Shown piece by piece: positions 12,691-25,073 of a stretch of DNA of 64,000 nt. The stretch spans positions 116,331 to 180,330 of the forward strand of contig ADNK01002596.1 of NCBI GenBank assembly GCA_000320545.1, given 5' to 3'. The translations under genes and the position numbers were made by a program. Below the pieces are notes generated by a model. That model was not told the origin of the DNA. It saw only the letters and a program-made list of their open reading frames with translations, and did no database searches. The stretch's first letter is position 1. Each line of letters starts with the position of its first letter. The DNA comes from Bigelowiella natans CCMP2755. Its lineage: Eukaryota; Protista; Cercozoa.

Positions 12691-15465
12691 GAGTAGCAGT
12701 ATAGCTCTCATATCATCATCATCATCATCATCATCATCATTGAGTATGATCACCAACATATATACAACAACCAGTCGTATTATTACGATTATTACCTTCA
12801 GAATGGAGAGGAAGAGAGCAAATATATTTTCACTATCTGTAGAGCCAGCAATGATCGAGTAGAACTCATCACACAATTTACTAATAAATCATGGGGAGAG
12901 TATTGACGAAATTAAGGAAACAAGATGACACAGAGAACAAATTAGTCAATTGAATATTGTGATAATATCCGTTTGATTAATTTCGTGAGTAGTTACGATG
13001 ATTGCGACGTAAGTAGTGATAATTTAATCCAATCACTTATTTTGAACTAGTATCATCGTCAAACATCTCTTCATATGCAGCAGCAGCAGCAGCAGCAGCA
13101 AATAAATCAAAACGTCTCCTGTTTCTTTTAAATAATAACAACCTTTGCAATTTTCTTTTTATGCGAGCAAAATGCTGAATACCGCCGTTATGCATGAATG
13201 TGAAGGTTTTCCACTTGAAACTAGAAAGAAGAATCATCATTGTAATTACAGATATCAATACATGAATATATGCTAGCAGCTGTGAAGATAAGGAGATTAT
13301 TAGAAGATTGCTCATCGTATGATGCTCCTTTCTATAAAAATACGGGAGGCATTAATATTCATGATATCTAACTTCTTCTCCCTCCTAGCTGCTGACGGGA
13401 ACAACATTATCATCCATTCATTCATTCATTCATGATGACAAACTACTTCGTTCTTTCTGTGCTGCTGCTACTACTACTACAACTACTACAAGTGCTTCTT
13501 AAGATGTCGTACGGATGGCAATTCTGAATGGAAACAGATCCAACGATAGGGTCAAGTCCTGGAGATGTCATCGCTCTAACACTGTTATCATGATGATGAT
13601 GATGTTGTTGTTGATCATCATCATTATGTAATACAAAAATAAGTATTCACCAGCACATACGTGCACAGCTTATACTAGAGTACCTAATAGGCTCCGAAAA
13701 TATAAACATAAGATGATATAAATATAAATATAATATTCAGTGTTATTCATTCGCTCATTCAAACCAGTATACGCATTCATATGTTCAAATACAAGAATTT
13801 GTAATACTACAAACGGTAATATAATATATATTATATATATATATATAATCAATAGCCGTATTGATGATGATGACGATGGTCTCGACTGCGTTACATTACA
13901 TCGCTGCTACTACTACTCACTGAGCAAAGACTGTTGGAGATTTTATTACACGTCCTGAATGATGAAGAAGTGGAGAAGAAAAGAGAGGGATGATAAAGAA
14001 TAACAAGTGAAATAGAGTGCTGGTCTCTTTCAGCTACCTACTATATTTCCGGCAATCAGATCATCTGATGAATGGTGCTGCTAGCGGCAGAAAGTAGTAG
14101 TATTTAAATGTGTTATTATTTTTAAAACGTTTGTGGTGTAGTTCTTCTTCTTCTTCTTCTTCTTGTTCTCCTTCTAGTTCTCCGTCATTATCTTATGATT
14201 ACCCAGTTCTATTAGGTTCATATCTCCCTGTTTAATGTATTGATTGCACGTAATCAGCAGCACCAGCAGCAGAAAAGACAATGAGAATTGAATGTCGTTA
14301 TTCTTTTTAATATCGTTTTACTATTGTCAATACTACTACTGCTACTACTACTACTCCTACTATTACTATTTCTGCTACTTTCTTACTTTCTTACTTACTT
14401 ACTTACTACCCATGAAGGCTGTGTGCTCCGAAATACGCATGATTGTTCGTCCTATACGGTTGTAGTAGTGGTAGTAGTAGTAGGAGAAGAAGAAGAAGAA
14501 GTATAGTAGGAGGAGAAGAAGAAGAAGTACAGTAGTTCATCCAATGCATACTTGATGATAATAAAGAAGTATAGTAATTCATCCAATGCATGCTTGATAT
14601 AATAAAAAACATTATTCTTTTTCACAAACGATTGTTTTTATTGTCATTTACAGCAAAACAGAAAGAATTAAGCTGAATGCTTAAAAATGAGATTGTAGAC
14701 AACAACAATAACAACAACCATGAGTAGTACATTGTAAGCAAGCAACCACTACTGCTACCGACAGCTAGTACAAAGTTGATAATTAACTTTGCTGCTGCTA
14801 ATAATAATAATAGTAATAGTAGTAATAATAATAATGACAATAATAATAATAAGAATAATAATAATAATGCCACCTTAACATCCGTTGAATACCAAGCGAC
14901 ACCAAAACCATCAGCATTCACTAAATATTCAAAGAATTTCAGTCGAATCATCACTACATAATCCAGTTTAGCTACACAGACTAGTATCTAGCGAGTGTTT
15001 TAGTTGACGAGATTTGATCATCATCATTGTTATCACTCTGTTGGACATCGCCATCCATCACGCTGCTAGCTGTATGGTGGATGATGACGGGCTAACAACT
15101 TATTATATGTGTCATTATACTTTCTCTACTACCTCTGCAATTTCGTTTTTCTGCTATCAATTTGCTTGAATATTGACATCCTACGAGGTAAAACATTACT
15201 GTTTGTTCTAGTACTAAGCGCCTATGCTCACCGAAGATACATAGCAGTGATGATGAGTATTTGTAGTTCTTCGCGGTATTCATGTAAGATGATAAATAAG
15301 GAAGCAAAAAAGGCAACTTTGAAATTTGCTTTGATCAAAATATGATGTGTGTCTTACTTATGTTTACATGTGAAGCGTTTGTATGAGTGTTTACCATCTC
15401 GATATGTCTAGGAATTGTGTGTGTACAAAATGATGCCCATATCCAACCCATACTGGCCGGTTTTT

Positions 15466-15506
<41 letters not shown>

Positions 15507-15709
15507 GTCTCTACCTGGATGATATTTTGCATCCTTGGCTTGGTGAACGATTGAGTTCTCCGGATACGTTAGTATAGTGCTCAAACGTACAGGATTCCCT
15601 TTATATGCTAAGCAAAAATACAGAGCACATGTCAGTCACAGCCAGCACATATTAGCCAAACGAGGAAGCAAAATCGTCATTGCTGGTACTCACCCATCCA
15701 TCGGCACAT
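10868..15709 (-). CDS. DUG3: Class II glutamine amidotransferase (Ntn hydrolase), DUG3/EgtC family
   Basis: About 15 in-phase exons (first four: 15694-15709, 15515-15607, 15133-15180, 14874-14920). Translation: MCRWMAYKGNPVRLSTILTYPENSIVHQ...RNCRVNADGFGVAWY...FRSTQPSWGDMNL...VFAHVRA...NCHPF...FMHNGGI...GSTDSENIFALFL...SLNLAVTNG..IIATRF..PPSLYF...VIVSSEPLT...W..., stop TAA at 10868-10870. Catalytic Cys2 is present. The symbol denotes the family, not proven orthology. Confidence 0.9.
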
Positions 15710-16311
15710 GTCGTGATCAATTACGCCCTAAGGTATTATTATTGTTGTTGCAAATACAGATCGACGTTGAACGATCAAAGCATAAAAGGAAAATGGTTAT
15801 TCTATCTATCTAATTTCTTTGGCGATAAATGAATGTTGGGTTTATTGTCGGCAGTGGAGGAGGCTACAACAATGCTTATCGAACCAAATCATGAATTTAT
15901 TGGAATTTATGTTGTTAAGAACTAAATAGAAGGAGGATTTCTCACTTAGTTTGTTCCAAAGCCCTTTCTTTCTCTCTCTCTCTCCTCCTCCTCCTCCTCC
16001 CAATAATCCGTTCTGGAATAATGAATGAGAACTGGTAGAGGAGAGAAGACCCCCAGTTCACGTCTCACAACGTTTTTTATCCTATTTTCCCTAAACTCTT
16101 CGATAATACCTGTCGTAACAATGAAACATCATCTAATAAAATAACCCAAAAAAACCATGCTGTTTTCTATTGCGTCATTTCTTCCGATATGTCGTAACGT
16201 AGTTATAGTCGTAGTCGCAGCAGCAGTTGTTCTAGGGAAATGAGAAATTTCTTGGTGTTCCTCTCTTTTTCTGTAGAATTTTCCTGAGAGGGAGGAGGGA
16301 GGACCTCATTC

Positions 16312-16351
<40 letters not shown>

Positions 16352-16489
16352 CCCAACTCCAACTTTTAGAGCTTCTTCTTTGGTCTCATAAAGGTCACTA
16401 CTCGTAGGCTATCACTCGCACCGATAGAGAGAAACAAAAATTCTCAATGAGAAATTCTTATTTTTGTCCATACAGGAGAGCGCTGAGTG

Positions 16490-17303
16490 ATGCCGGTAGA
16501 CGAAGTAGTCTCAGTGTCTCCAGTATCAGCAGCACGATCCAGTTGCATCAACACAGATGCTTTGTGTTCGAAAGGGCGAGTTCCAAGCTTGTTTGAAATT
16601 ATAATGAGGTGATGATCACTGCAAATTCATGTCTCAAAATAATGAAAGCTATCTCTTGAGCAATGAAAGAATGATGTCATTGAACAGTAGTGAGTGATTC
16701 GAAGAATATTGCTGGCACTGATACTACATATATGAGGACTAAATGTAATAGAAGAGGGTTTGTGCGATGTGGGTTTAGCGTTTCTTCATCACATATTTAC
16801 TATCACACCCCTAATAATTCTTAGAGCTGTTGGACGACGACCTGACACACTGCTTGAAATTTCTAATGCACATCTCAGTATGATCCCTTCTTTCATTTTG
16901 GAGGTAGTAGTTGTTGTTGTTGTAGTAGTAGTAGGTGCTCAAGTCAAGGGCACAGTGCATCATCTATAAATAAAGGACTACTATTTAAATGATCAAAATA
17001 ATGTGTTGGTCCATTTTATTCAGAGACTAATACGGGAATTCGGATCCCATCCTTTATCGTTAAACCATCTTGAAAAGTAGTACTACTAGTAGTAGCGCAA
17101 TTGGAGATCAGCACAACAAACACACACAAATACCTTCAATGCATCACTGACACGTATTCACATGGATTTCCCCTCTCATATAAGATTTTGTTAGATAAAT
17201 TAATTATATATTACACATACAAAAAAAAGCTCACATCATATACACATGAATATGTTTTTTTCTTTTTTTTAATATGTGCGTGTGCATGCGTGAGTGCGCA
17301 TAT

Positions 17304-17337
<34 letters not shown>

Positions 17338-17735
17338 TGTGCCGTGCCGTGTAGCACTGGGTAGCGTTGGTGGCAAAGCAGCTTATATTTTAATTTACAT
17401 GAGCACGTGGACAAAGTTGTAGTTGTAGTCTCGCTTTTACTATAGAAGATCGTAGAAACTTTCAGGGATCTTAAATGATGATAGATGGCGTGAAGGAGGA
17501 GACGGTTTAACACAAGTATATATTTTGTATTACTGCAGAAGCAGAACCACCAGCAGTAACAGCAGAAATAATATCAAATTAATACTTGTTAAATGTTAAA
17601 GGTTAAGCTGGGTTCCGAATCTTCGATCTATAGTTTTGTCTTCAGCATCGACAGGAGAAGATCATCTGATCGAGCTTTCGCGTCACTCTGAAACTCTTGA
17701 ATCACTCACAATTTCTGGATTAGCGGTAATAGTCT

Positions 17736-17767
<32 letters not shown>

Positions 17768-19101
17768 CTTCTTTATCCACAATCCACTTGAAATGCTAAA
17801 GGTGGGTGGTGATGGACATAGTGCTACTGCTGTTGCTCCGTCATTATCATTCTCTCTAATCATTTTGAGGAGCATGTATTTGAATAGAGTCAAAACCTAC
17901 CTACGACGTGCTTTGCCTACTTAAGACAATTTCCACATCTCCAAATATTGCGGTAGAAGATGATGATTTACTACTACATTAGTCCCCATCACCGCCACCA
18001 CCAGCACATTAGTGTATTATAGCACTTAAAGCGACTACAACCATCTATCTCCTATAGCTACTAGCTATACTACTAATCATGTTGATGATAACATCGATGC
18101 TAAAGTTTTGACAATGAATGGATGGAAAAGATACTGTCTTTTTCCTGCTTGCACAGAATCGAAGGACTTGCAGCAAGTTTTGCGAAAAAGAAAACACGTG
18201 CTGAATTTCTCATCAGTGGTGAGTCTTTTGTTTTATCGTAGACAGAGTTAGAGCAACAACTATATACAACATATATCTTGTTGTGCTGTGTGTGCTGTTC
18301 TGTTTATGCAGGAGGAAGAAGACGGACAGCAGAAGAAAGAGGAGGAGGAGTAGTCAATATTGACTCCTACTGCTGCTGGAAATTGGCTGCTGGAATCTCT
18401 GAAGTGAGTGAGTGATGATGATAGTGATGATTGATAGTGATGATGATGATGATGTGGTGGTCAAGTGAAGAAGGATAAAATTGATCATCTACTATTTGTG
18501 AAAGTCACTTGGCGACCTGAAGAAATTGCACACGTTGGAATTGCCCAAATGTCAATTGAGAAAGGGGTACTAGTTGATTGAGTAGTAGTAGTGGTGACCT
18601 GTAGCCAATTAGTAAGTACATGAGGAGATGAAAATGATGATGATGATGATTATAATGATTGGTGATGGTGATGATGGTGATGTTACTGGCTATGATGATG
18701 TTTTTGCTACGCGATGTCGTTCATGGTTTACTGCTGCATTTCGGTTTGTTGCAAAAAGAAATATTATACTATTCAGATTGTCTTCCGTTGATGTTGATTC
18801 GTCGTTATTGCAGATTTGTTCATTATGATACATGTATATAATATAAATATGTGTGTATGTTCTTCTGGTTCGTGCAACAATGAAAAGAGATTTGAACGGA
18901 ATAGCTGCACATGTGAGGAGACTAGAGGTCCTTAATCTCAATGGAAATAATGGGTACTACTGCTACTGCTACTACTTACTACTACTATTCTGTAATGATG
19001 CATATATTGCTTGCTTCTACTGCTAGGGACAAGAATGTAGTCACTTAAGCATAATCACCTATCAATAGCACCTTTTTTTAACTGCTGGCTGTTGTTATCG
19101 A

Positions 19102-19134
<33 letters not shown>

Positions 19135-19304
19135 GTTTGGCCAAGACAGATATATTCCCTTTGCTCGAAACTAATGGGAACACTCTCAGAGTATTTAAAA
19201 TCAGTGAAGTCCCAATAGATTCAATCGATGCACTTCTTTGTGCCCAACACCTGGAAGTACTCGACTTATCATGGACACTGGTTGATATTATGCATGCATG
19301 AATC

Positions 19305-19347
<43 letters not shown>

Positions 19348-20613
19348 GTATACATATATCTCTGTGTGTGTGACGAATGAAGCAATTGCAGTAGCATAGA
19401 CGGATGCATAGCTCATCTAGATCGTTTATAAACCGCCCTCTATTATATGCGAGAGAGTTATTTTTGTGAATAATGATCGGTGGAAAAACCATGGGAAAAA
19501 AAGGTATCCTTCTTATCGTTTAATGCGCATCTTTTGTTCGTTTAGATAACAGATGAGGGTATTTGTGGCATTGCGCACCTAAAAAAGCTTAGACATCTAG
19601 ACATTTCCGGAACGGCACTTTCAGATGCTGGTAGTACTTATAAACATATTATTATTTAGTGTTGCATGGTAGGTACTCTCCATACAGTTCTTGATTAAAG
19701 TGTTGATAAAGTTTCTCTGTTTGCTGTGTCATTTCTCTTGAATGTAGTTACATACACATAATATATGTAATGTTCGATTGGTTTTTGTTCGTTCCTCCTG
19801 CTGCTGCTGCTACTTTCTTTCTTTCTTTCTTTTATATCAAACCATCAGGTCTAGCTTCCTTCTCTAGTATATGGAATGAGCTACTAAGTATGGATATCTC
19901 TGCTTGTGTCGGCATAAAGGGGGAATTTAAGGATATGATTCTGGATCATACTGTGGATGATAATGATGATGATGATGATGATTTTGAAGGAGCCAATAAC
20001 CAAGATAATTACAATGATGCAGAGGAGAAGAATGAGATGAAGGGAGTGCTGCTCTCGTGTGATGAACCATCATCGTCGCCATCTTCAATGTCGAAACGAA
20101 AGAAGAAAATGACGTCTGGAATGTCATCATCATCATCATCATCAACGCAACCATCTTCACCGTCATTTTCAAATTTAACGCATTTAGTAGCCTCACAGAC
20201 AGGACTTACCGACGAAGGATGCCACCGATTTGTATCAAGTATGGAGACAGCGGCGAGTTAAATAATAGCAGAGAAATGCCACCACCACCTGTCATACATA
20301 AATGAATAGCATTTCGATGATGATAATGATGATAATAAATGACTAAATCTATACAGGATTTCCATTTCTCCAAACGCTTTACATTGGGTCCAATCATTTC
20401 GTCAGTGATATAGGCATCTCTTATATTGTATCGTCGCTTCGTCGTCTCAGACACCTTGATATCTCAAATAATAGAAGGATAACAGATACTTCCATTCACC
20501 TACTTGTGGCTCTGCGACAGCTGACGTCCCTCGACGCATCAAATACAAAGCTGTTATTCTTGAATTCTACCGTTCTCAATTTTGCGAACATGTAGTAGAG
20601 GAAGTAGTAGTAA

Positions 20614-20645
<32 letters not shown>

Positions 20646-22333
20646 TGTCGGTATCTATGTCACTTCTTCCTACCAATGATGATGTACCTTGCTGCTGCTG
20701 CTGCTGCTTATGTAGGTGGTAGTGTGGGATGGATTGTTAGTTGAGCCTCTTCTTGTTGTTGTTGTTCTTCTTCTACTTTATATGCAGGTACAACCTAACA
20801 ACATTACGGATACAGAACTTGGATACTTTGTCCAAATTTAACCTTAGAACTAAGATAGAGAGCATCCTTAAGATGAGGAGGAGTGCTCAATCGGAGGCAG
20901 AAATTTTAGAGGCATCGTCATCATCATCATCATCATCTTCTTCTTCTTCTTCTTCTTCCCCATCATCATTTAAGAGTAGTAGTAATATGTCATTACGACC
21001 GATGCCACTTTCCATTTATTTCGGTTCTACACACGAAGCGACTAGTCTACTACGATATCACCAGAATACCTTTCCTACTCCTAATCCGCGAGCGCTTCGT
21101 CGCAGCAGTCGTGATTTGTCATTCCCCCCATCGCCATCGTCATTATCATCACCTAGGGAAGAAAATAAGAATTGTTCCTCCTCTACCAAGCTACATCTTT
21201 CTACTGTTAGACAACCACCCAAGATTCCGACTACAACCTCCTTCCCCTTGTGTTCATCATCCATGGTTAGTACACTGAAAGGGGACGGTCGTAAGCAACG
21301 ACCTCCCCCCACACTGCTTCTAAAAAATGCTACTGTCCCTTCCGCTACCACTGCTGCTGTATTATCTCGTTTCAATAACAGCAAGCCAAAACACTACCAA
21401 TACTCAATTAGCGAGCTCCTTTGCATGAGACATGCTCATCCTTCATGCCATAGACGACCATCGAAACTACCTCTCATCCCTGGAATTACAACATCGGTGA
21501 CAAAGATGGAGATGAAGTATAGTTACTATTCCTGCAACTACCAGGAGGAAGAGAAAAAGGAAGGGGAAAAACAGCTGCAGCATGAAATTATGGACCAAAG
21601 ATCTAAAAACGTGCGCAACGATGTTGATAATGTTAACGATGACATCACAATATATGATGGTAAAGGAGAATTGGGTGCTTGTGCGTCATCACCGGCATCA
21701 TCACCATCATCATTTTCTTTTTGTTATGGCCCACGATACTTCAAAAGAGAAGAAAGGGGAGAGAAAGTAGGAGAAAAAGCAGCAACCGATACACCAGTAA
21801 TTGAAACAGAACAGCAGCAACAGCAGTTATCATCATTCCCATCGAGAAATAATCCATGGGAAATGCGACGGCAAGAGCGAAGAAGAAGGACACCACAAGA
21901 AAATTGCAACGAACGAATACCAACAGCTAGTAAAACGTTTCACAGCTCATCGACATCTTCATCATTGTCATCCAGATCACTAAGGAGAGCAAAAAGAGGG
22001 AAAAAGAAGATGGGATTGAAAGAGCAATTTGATGAAGCTTGTCGAGTTACTGTCGTTGATTATCATAATGGCAAGGCCACATCTGTCTTTGTGCGCAAAG
22101 ATAGTAGTGTAAGTATCAAAGGTGGGAATGATGGCAGAAGTCACATGAGTAAAAAGAAAAAGAAGAGGATATCTGCTACGAAATCGGATCCGAGGGTTTT
22201 TATCACCGATTCTGAACACAAAGAAAGAATAGCACATTTCAACAATGCGAATCGTAATGGAAGGCGACACGGTGGAAATAAGGCAGGTAGCAATAGAAAA
22301 TGGAAGAAAAAGTCATTGACTGGCTGCGGTTGA
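16490..22333 (+). CDS. Leucine-rich repeat (RNI-like/AMN1-like) protein with long disordered C-terminal tail
   Basis: ATG at 16490 (MPVDEV...RVPSLFEIIMR). Later exons encode LRRs: WVPNLRSIVLS, FPHLQILR, LKKLHTLELPKC, VRRLEVLNLNGN, QHLEVLDLSWT, ITDEGICGIAHLKKLRHLDISGT, FPFLQTLYIGSNHFVSDIGI, LRRLRHLDISNNRRITDTSI, LRQLTSLDASNT. The last exon is ORF 20741-22333 from ~20789. Confidence 0.85.
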
Positions 22334-22339
22334 ACTCAA

Positions 22340-24100
22340 CAGATGGATGCGTCATTTCCATTGCTCTGTGCCACTTTTGTGGTCTGAGAATTTCACAATG
22401 ATGAAAATTCACAGTTTGTCGCACGTGCACACTTGAGGTTTGCGGGTCGAGAAAGAGAGAAGGGCCAGAGAGAGTTGAGAGCAAACATTGCAAATTTGCC
22501 TGTGCAGAAAATCAACAACAAAATTCTTGGCATGCTAGCATGCGCAACCAATGGTGAACAAGCGTTGAGCAAGCGTTCCTACATTTCTGCAGGCAGACGA
22601 CACGCATTGTCGCGCAAACATTGAACACAGTCTGATGGAGGGAAACAAGGAATGGACAATTGATTGCAAAAATTCCAACCAAAGTGTCGTTTTTCATTTC
22701 ATTGTGTGTGGCACTCATTGGCTCATGAACTGGTGTGGAGTCCAGAGCGATGTGCGCTGTTTTGAAAGGCCAATTGTGTCGCATTCCTCCCTGCGCGCAA
22801 AAGTGCAAAACAAGTGACACAGCAGTTTTCTGTTTTCTGTCTGTCTCGCCAGCTGGTCTGTGTTCAAGAATGGAGCTGGGCACAAATGATTTTTTTTGTT
22901 TTGAAACACGTCATTTGTTTTTTCTTGTGACATTCTGAACAAGTGTTCGATTTGAACAAACAATGCCCACGTGTCGCAAAACCAGTGTTCGATTCGTTCA
23001 AACAATGTTCGAACAACAAGAAGAATGTTTGCAAACAATCTGAAATGTTTTCGAACGGTCACTGAAACAACTGACCAATCCCCTTCACCTTTGATTGGGG
23101 TTGCACATTGCTAGATTGCACGTGTGGGCTTTCATTGTTTGTGTGTGTGGCCTTGCACGCTTGTGCGCAAGTGCTTTGACCTTGCATGCCAGCATGCTTG
23201 CTAGCTTGTGCGCTTTTGCGCTGCACTTGGCATTTTGTCGTGCTCTCAGGCTCACACTTGTGCGCTGCACTTGCACTTTGTCATGCCCACACGTGCTCAC
23301 ATGCTCACCATGCCATCCCCTTCACCCGCCTTCACCCACGATTGGGGTCCAGGGTTGCTGCCTGCACACGCACGTGCACCACCACCTCCAATTTTTGCAC
23401 GACACTCGCACGACACTTTGCAAAAGTGCAAGTGCAGTCTGCACTTGGCTAGTTGGGCTTTCATTGTTTGCACAGCCTTGCGTGCTTGTGCGCTGCACTT
23501 GCACACAACGTCCCCAGCTTTTGCGGAGACATTGCCCCCATTGCTGGGTTGATTTGCAATCAGAAGCACGAGCTTCACGCCAACCACAACGTCCCCGGTG
23601 TTTGCTGTTGCGGAGACATTGCCCGACTGGATGGCACAAATTGGAGGAGGACACATGTCATCCTGACGGGATTCATCCGGGATGAATCTCGTGCACAGAT
23701 CCGAACGTCCTTCACACGGCAACCAAGTCACCGGTGGCTGGCCCCCACCGGTGAACAGGAATGTGGTTCAGGGATGAGGGGAAAAGCCACCCTCGCAACC
23801 GAAAACTCCCCCCGCCCATCACCACTTCGGCGGATGCAACTTTGAATCTTGAGTGCAGGTTCAAACACCCTTGATTTGGCAACCGAGCTAGCGAGTCACC
23901 GGTGGCTGGGGCGACATGTCTGTCCATCCCACCAGTGAACGAGAATGTGATTCATGGGTAGGAGGAAAAGCCACCCTGGTGACCGAAAACCCCCGCTAGC
24001 CCGCCTAGCCGCCCATCACCGCATCGCGCGCCGCATCGCAATTGCCGCATCGGCGATGAAGGGCACCAACTGCACCAACCAGATGACAATCAAACAATTT
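22340..24100. other. RY-alternation-rich intergenic spacer containing internal direct repeats
   Basis: TGCA/GCATGC-rich sequence immediately after the LRR stop codon. Contains repeated motifs (gggctttcattgtttg x2; cttgtgcgctgcacttgca x2; gcggagacattgccc x2). Confidence 0.55.
23718..23995 (+). repeat. Imperfect direct repeat, two ~90-100 bp copies
   Basis: agtcaccggtggctgg...cccaccRgtgaac..gaatgtg.ttca.gg...ggaaaagccaccct.g..accgaaaac at ~23726-23815 and ~23894-23995. Confidence 0.75.
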
Positions 24101-25073
24101 GATGTCAAGACAGAATTGCCTGTGCTCACTCATAACGACAAGAATCCATTTGTGATCTTTCATTCTAAGTTGACATCAGCCAGGAATCTCTTCTATTTCA
24201 GGTAAATTTGGCTCATAATACAAGTCTCATCATTAACTTCGAATATCTTTGCATGTGTTGCAATTTTGAAAGTCATTAGATTCTGACAGAAAGATCTTAA
24301 CATTAGAAATTAGCTGGGGAAAATGCTGAGAATGCTTCATTCGAGAATAATGTTCAAATTTATAATCATTTCTTCCTTTCTTTGTTAGAACAATGTGTAA
24401 AATCCGGGATCCCGTTGCCAAATCGTAGTAGCGTATGACATATTGATTTCTTTCATGTTTCTTTTGTTTACACACTAGCATGCATTCTGGTTATTTCTAA
24501 GTGGTTTGTTGCCCGATGCCAATCCTTTTTTATTGGTTCCTCTCTCTCTTTCCTTTCTCTCTGTCTCCGTCTCTCTGTTGACTGCATAATAAGGCCGAAA
24601 CACGGTGACGCGAGGGACCGATGTCATTATGCTGATGGGAAAATACGATATTTTCTTTTACATGTCTTATTTTTCGGTTTATAATTGAGCGATACTAAAC
24701 TGACTTTTCAAATATATGTTATGTCGTATTTAATAAATTATCCTTCTTTAATGAAGGTGAAGAATAAATATGTTCCTCGCTGTGTCTTAAAAAAACCCAG
24801 GCAGGCAAGCCAAACAGGTGTGCTGGTGGGAGCAATGCTTCCATAGCTGGATCTCTATCGTGTTACATAATTTTCCGAGGGACATTTATACTGCTCTAGC
24901 CACATAAGTGTATGCTTGAAACAAAATCGTCGAATATAGTCAAAAAAGGGGACGAGATAACATATATTACAATACTCGCTTCACTCTCATCCCAATCTCT
25001 CGCTTTGATACCTGCGTAGGTCGGGCCGTCGAAATTATTCAATTTGGAAAGGAATTTTTATTCCTTAAGGGTC

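Noticed and set aside
20254-20262. Apparent GC-AG intron donor (gcgagt) in the LRR gene
   Set aside because: The next exon (GFPFLQTLYIGSN, after ...atacag) needs phase 1, which is met by the canonical GT donor a few bases later (GCG GCG A/gttaaa).
23085-23845. Cys/His-rich ORFs of 110-196 aa
   Set aside because: Arise from TGCA-rich repeated non-coding sequence, with ORFs in nearly all frames; no transposase or RT motifs.
24100-25050. Possible additional minus-strand gene (ORF 24233-24481 and neighbours)
   Set aside because: Exon-like composition but no consistent exon chain or domain; not supportable as a feature.
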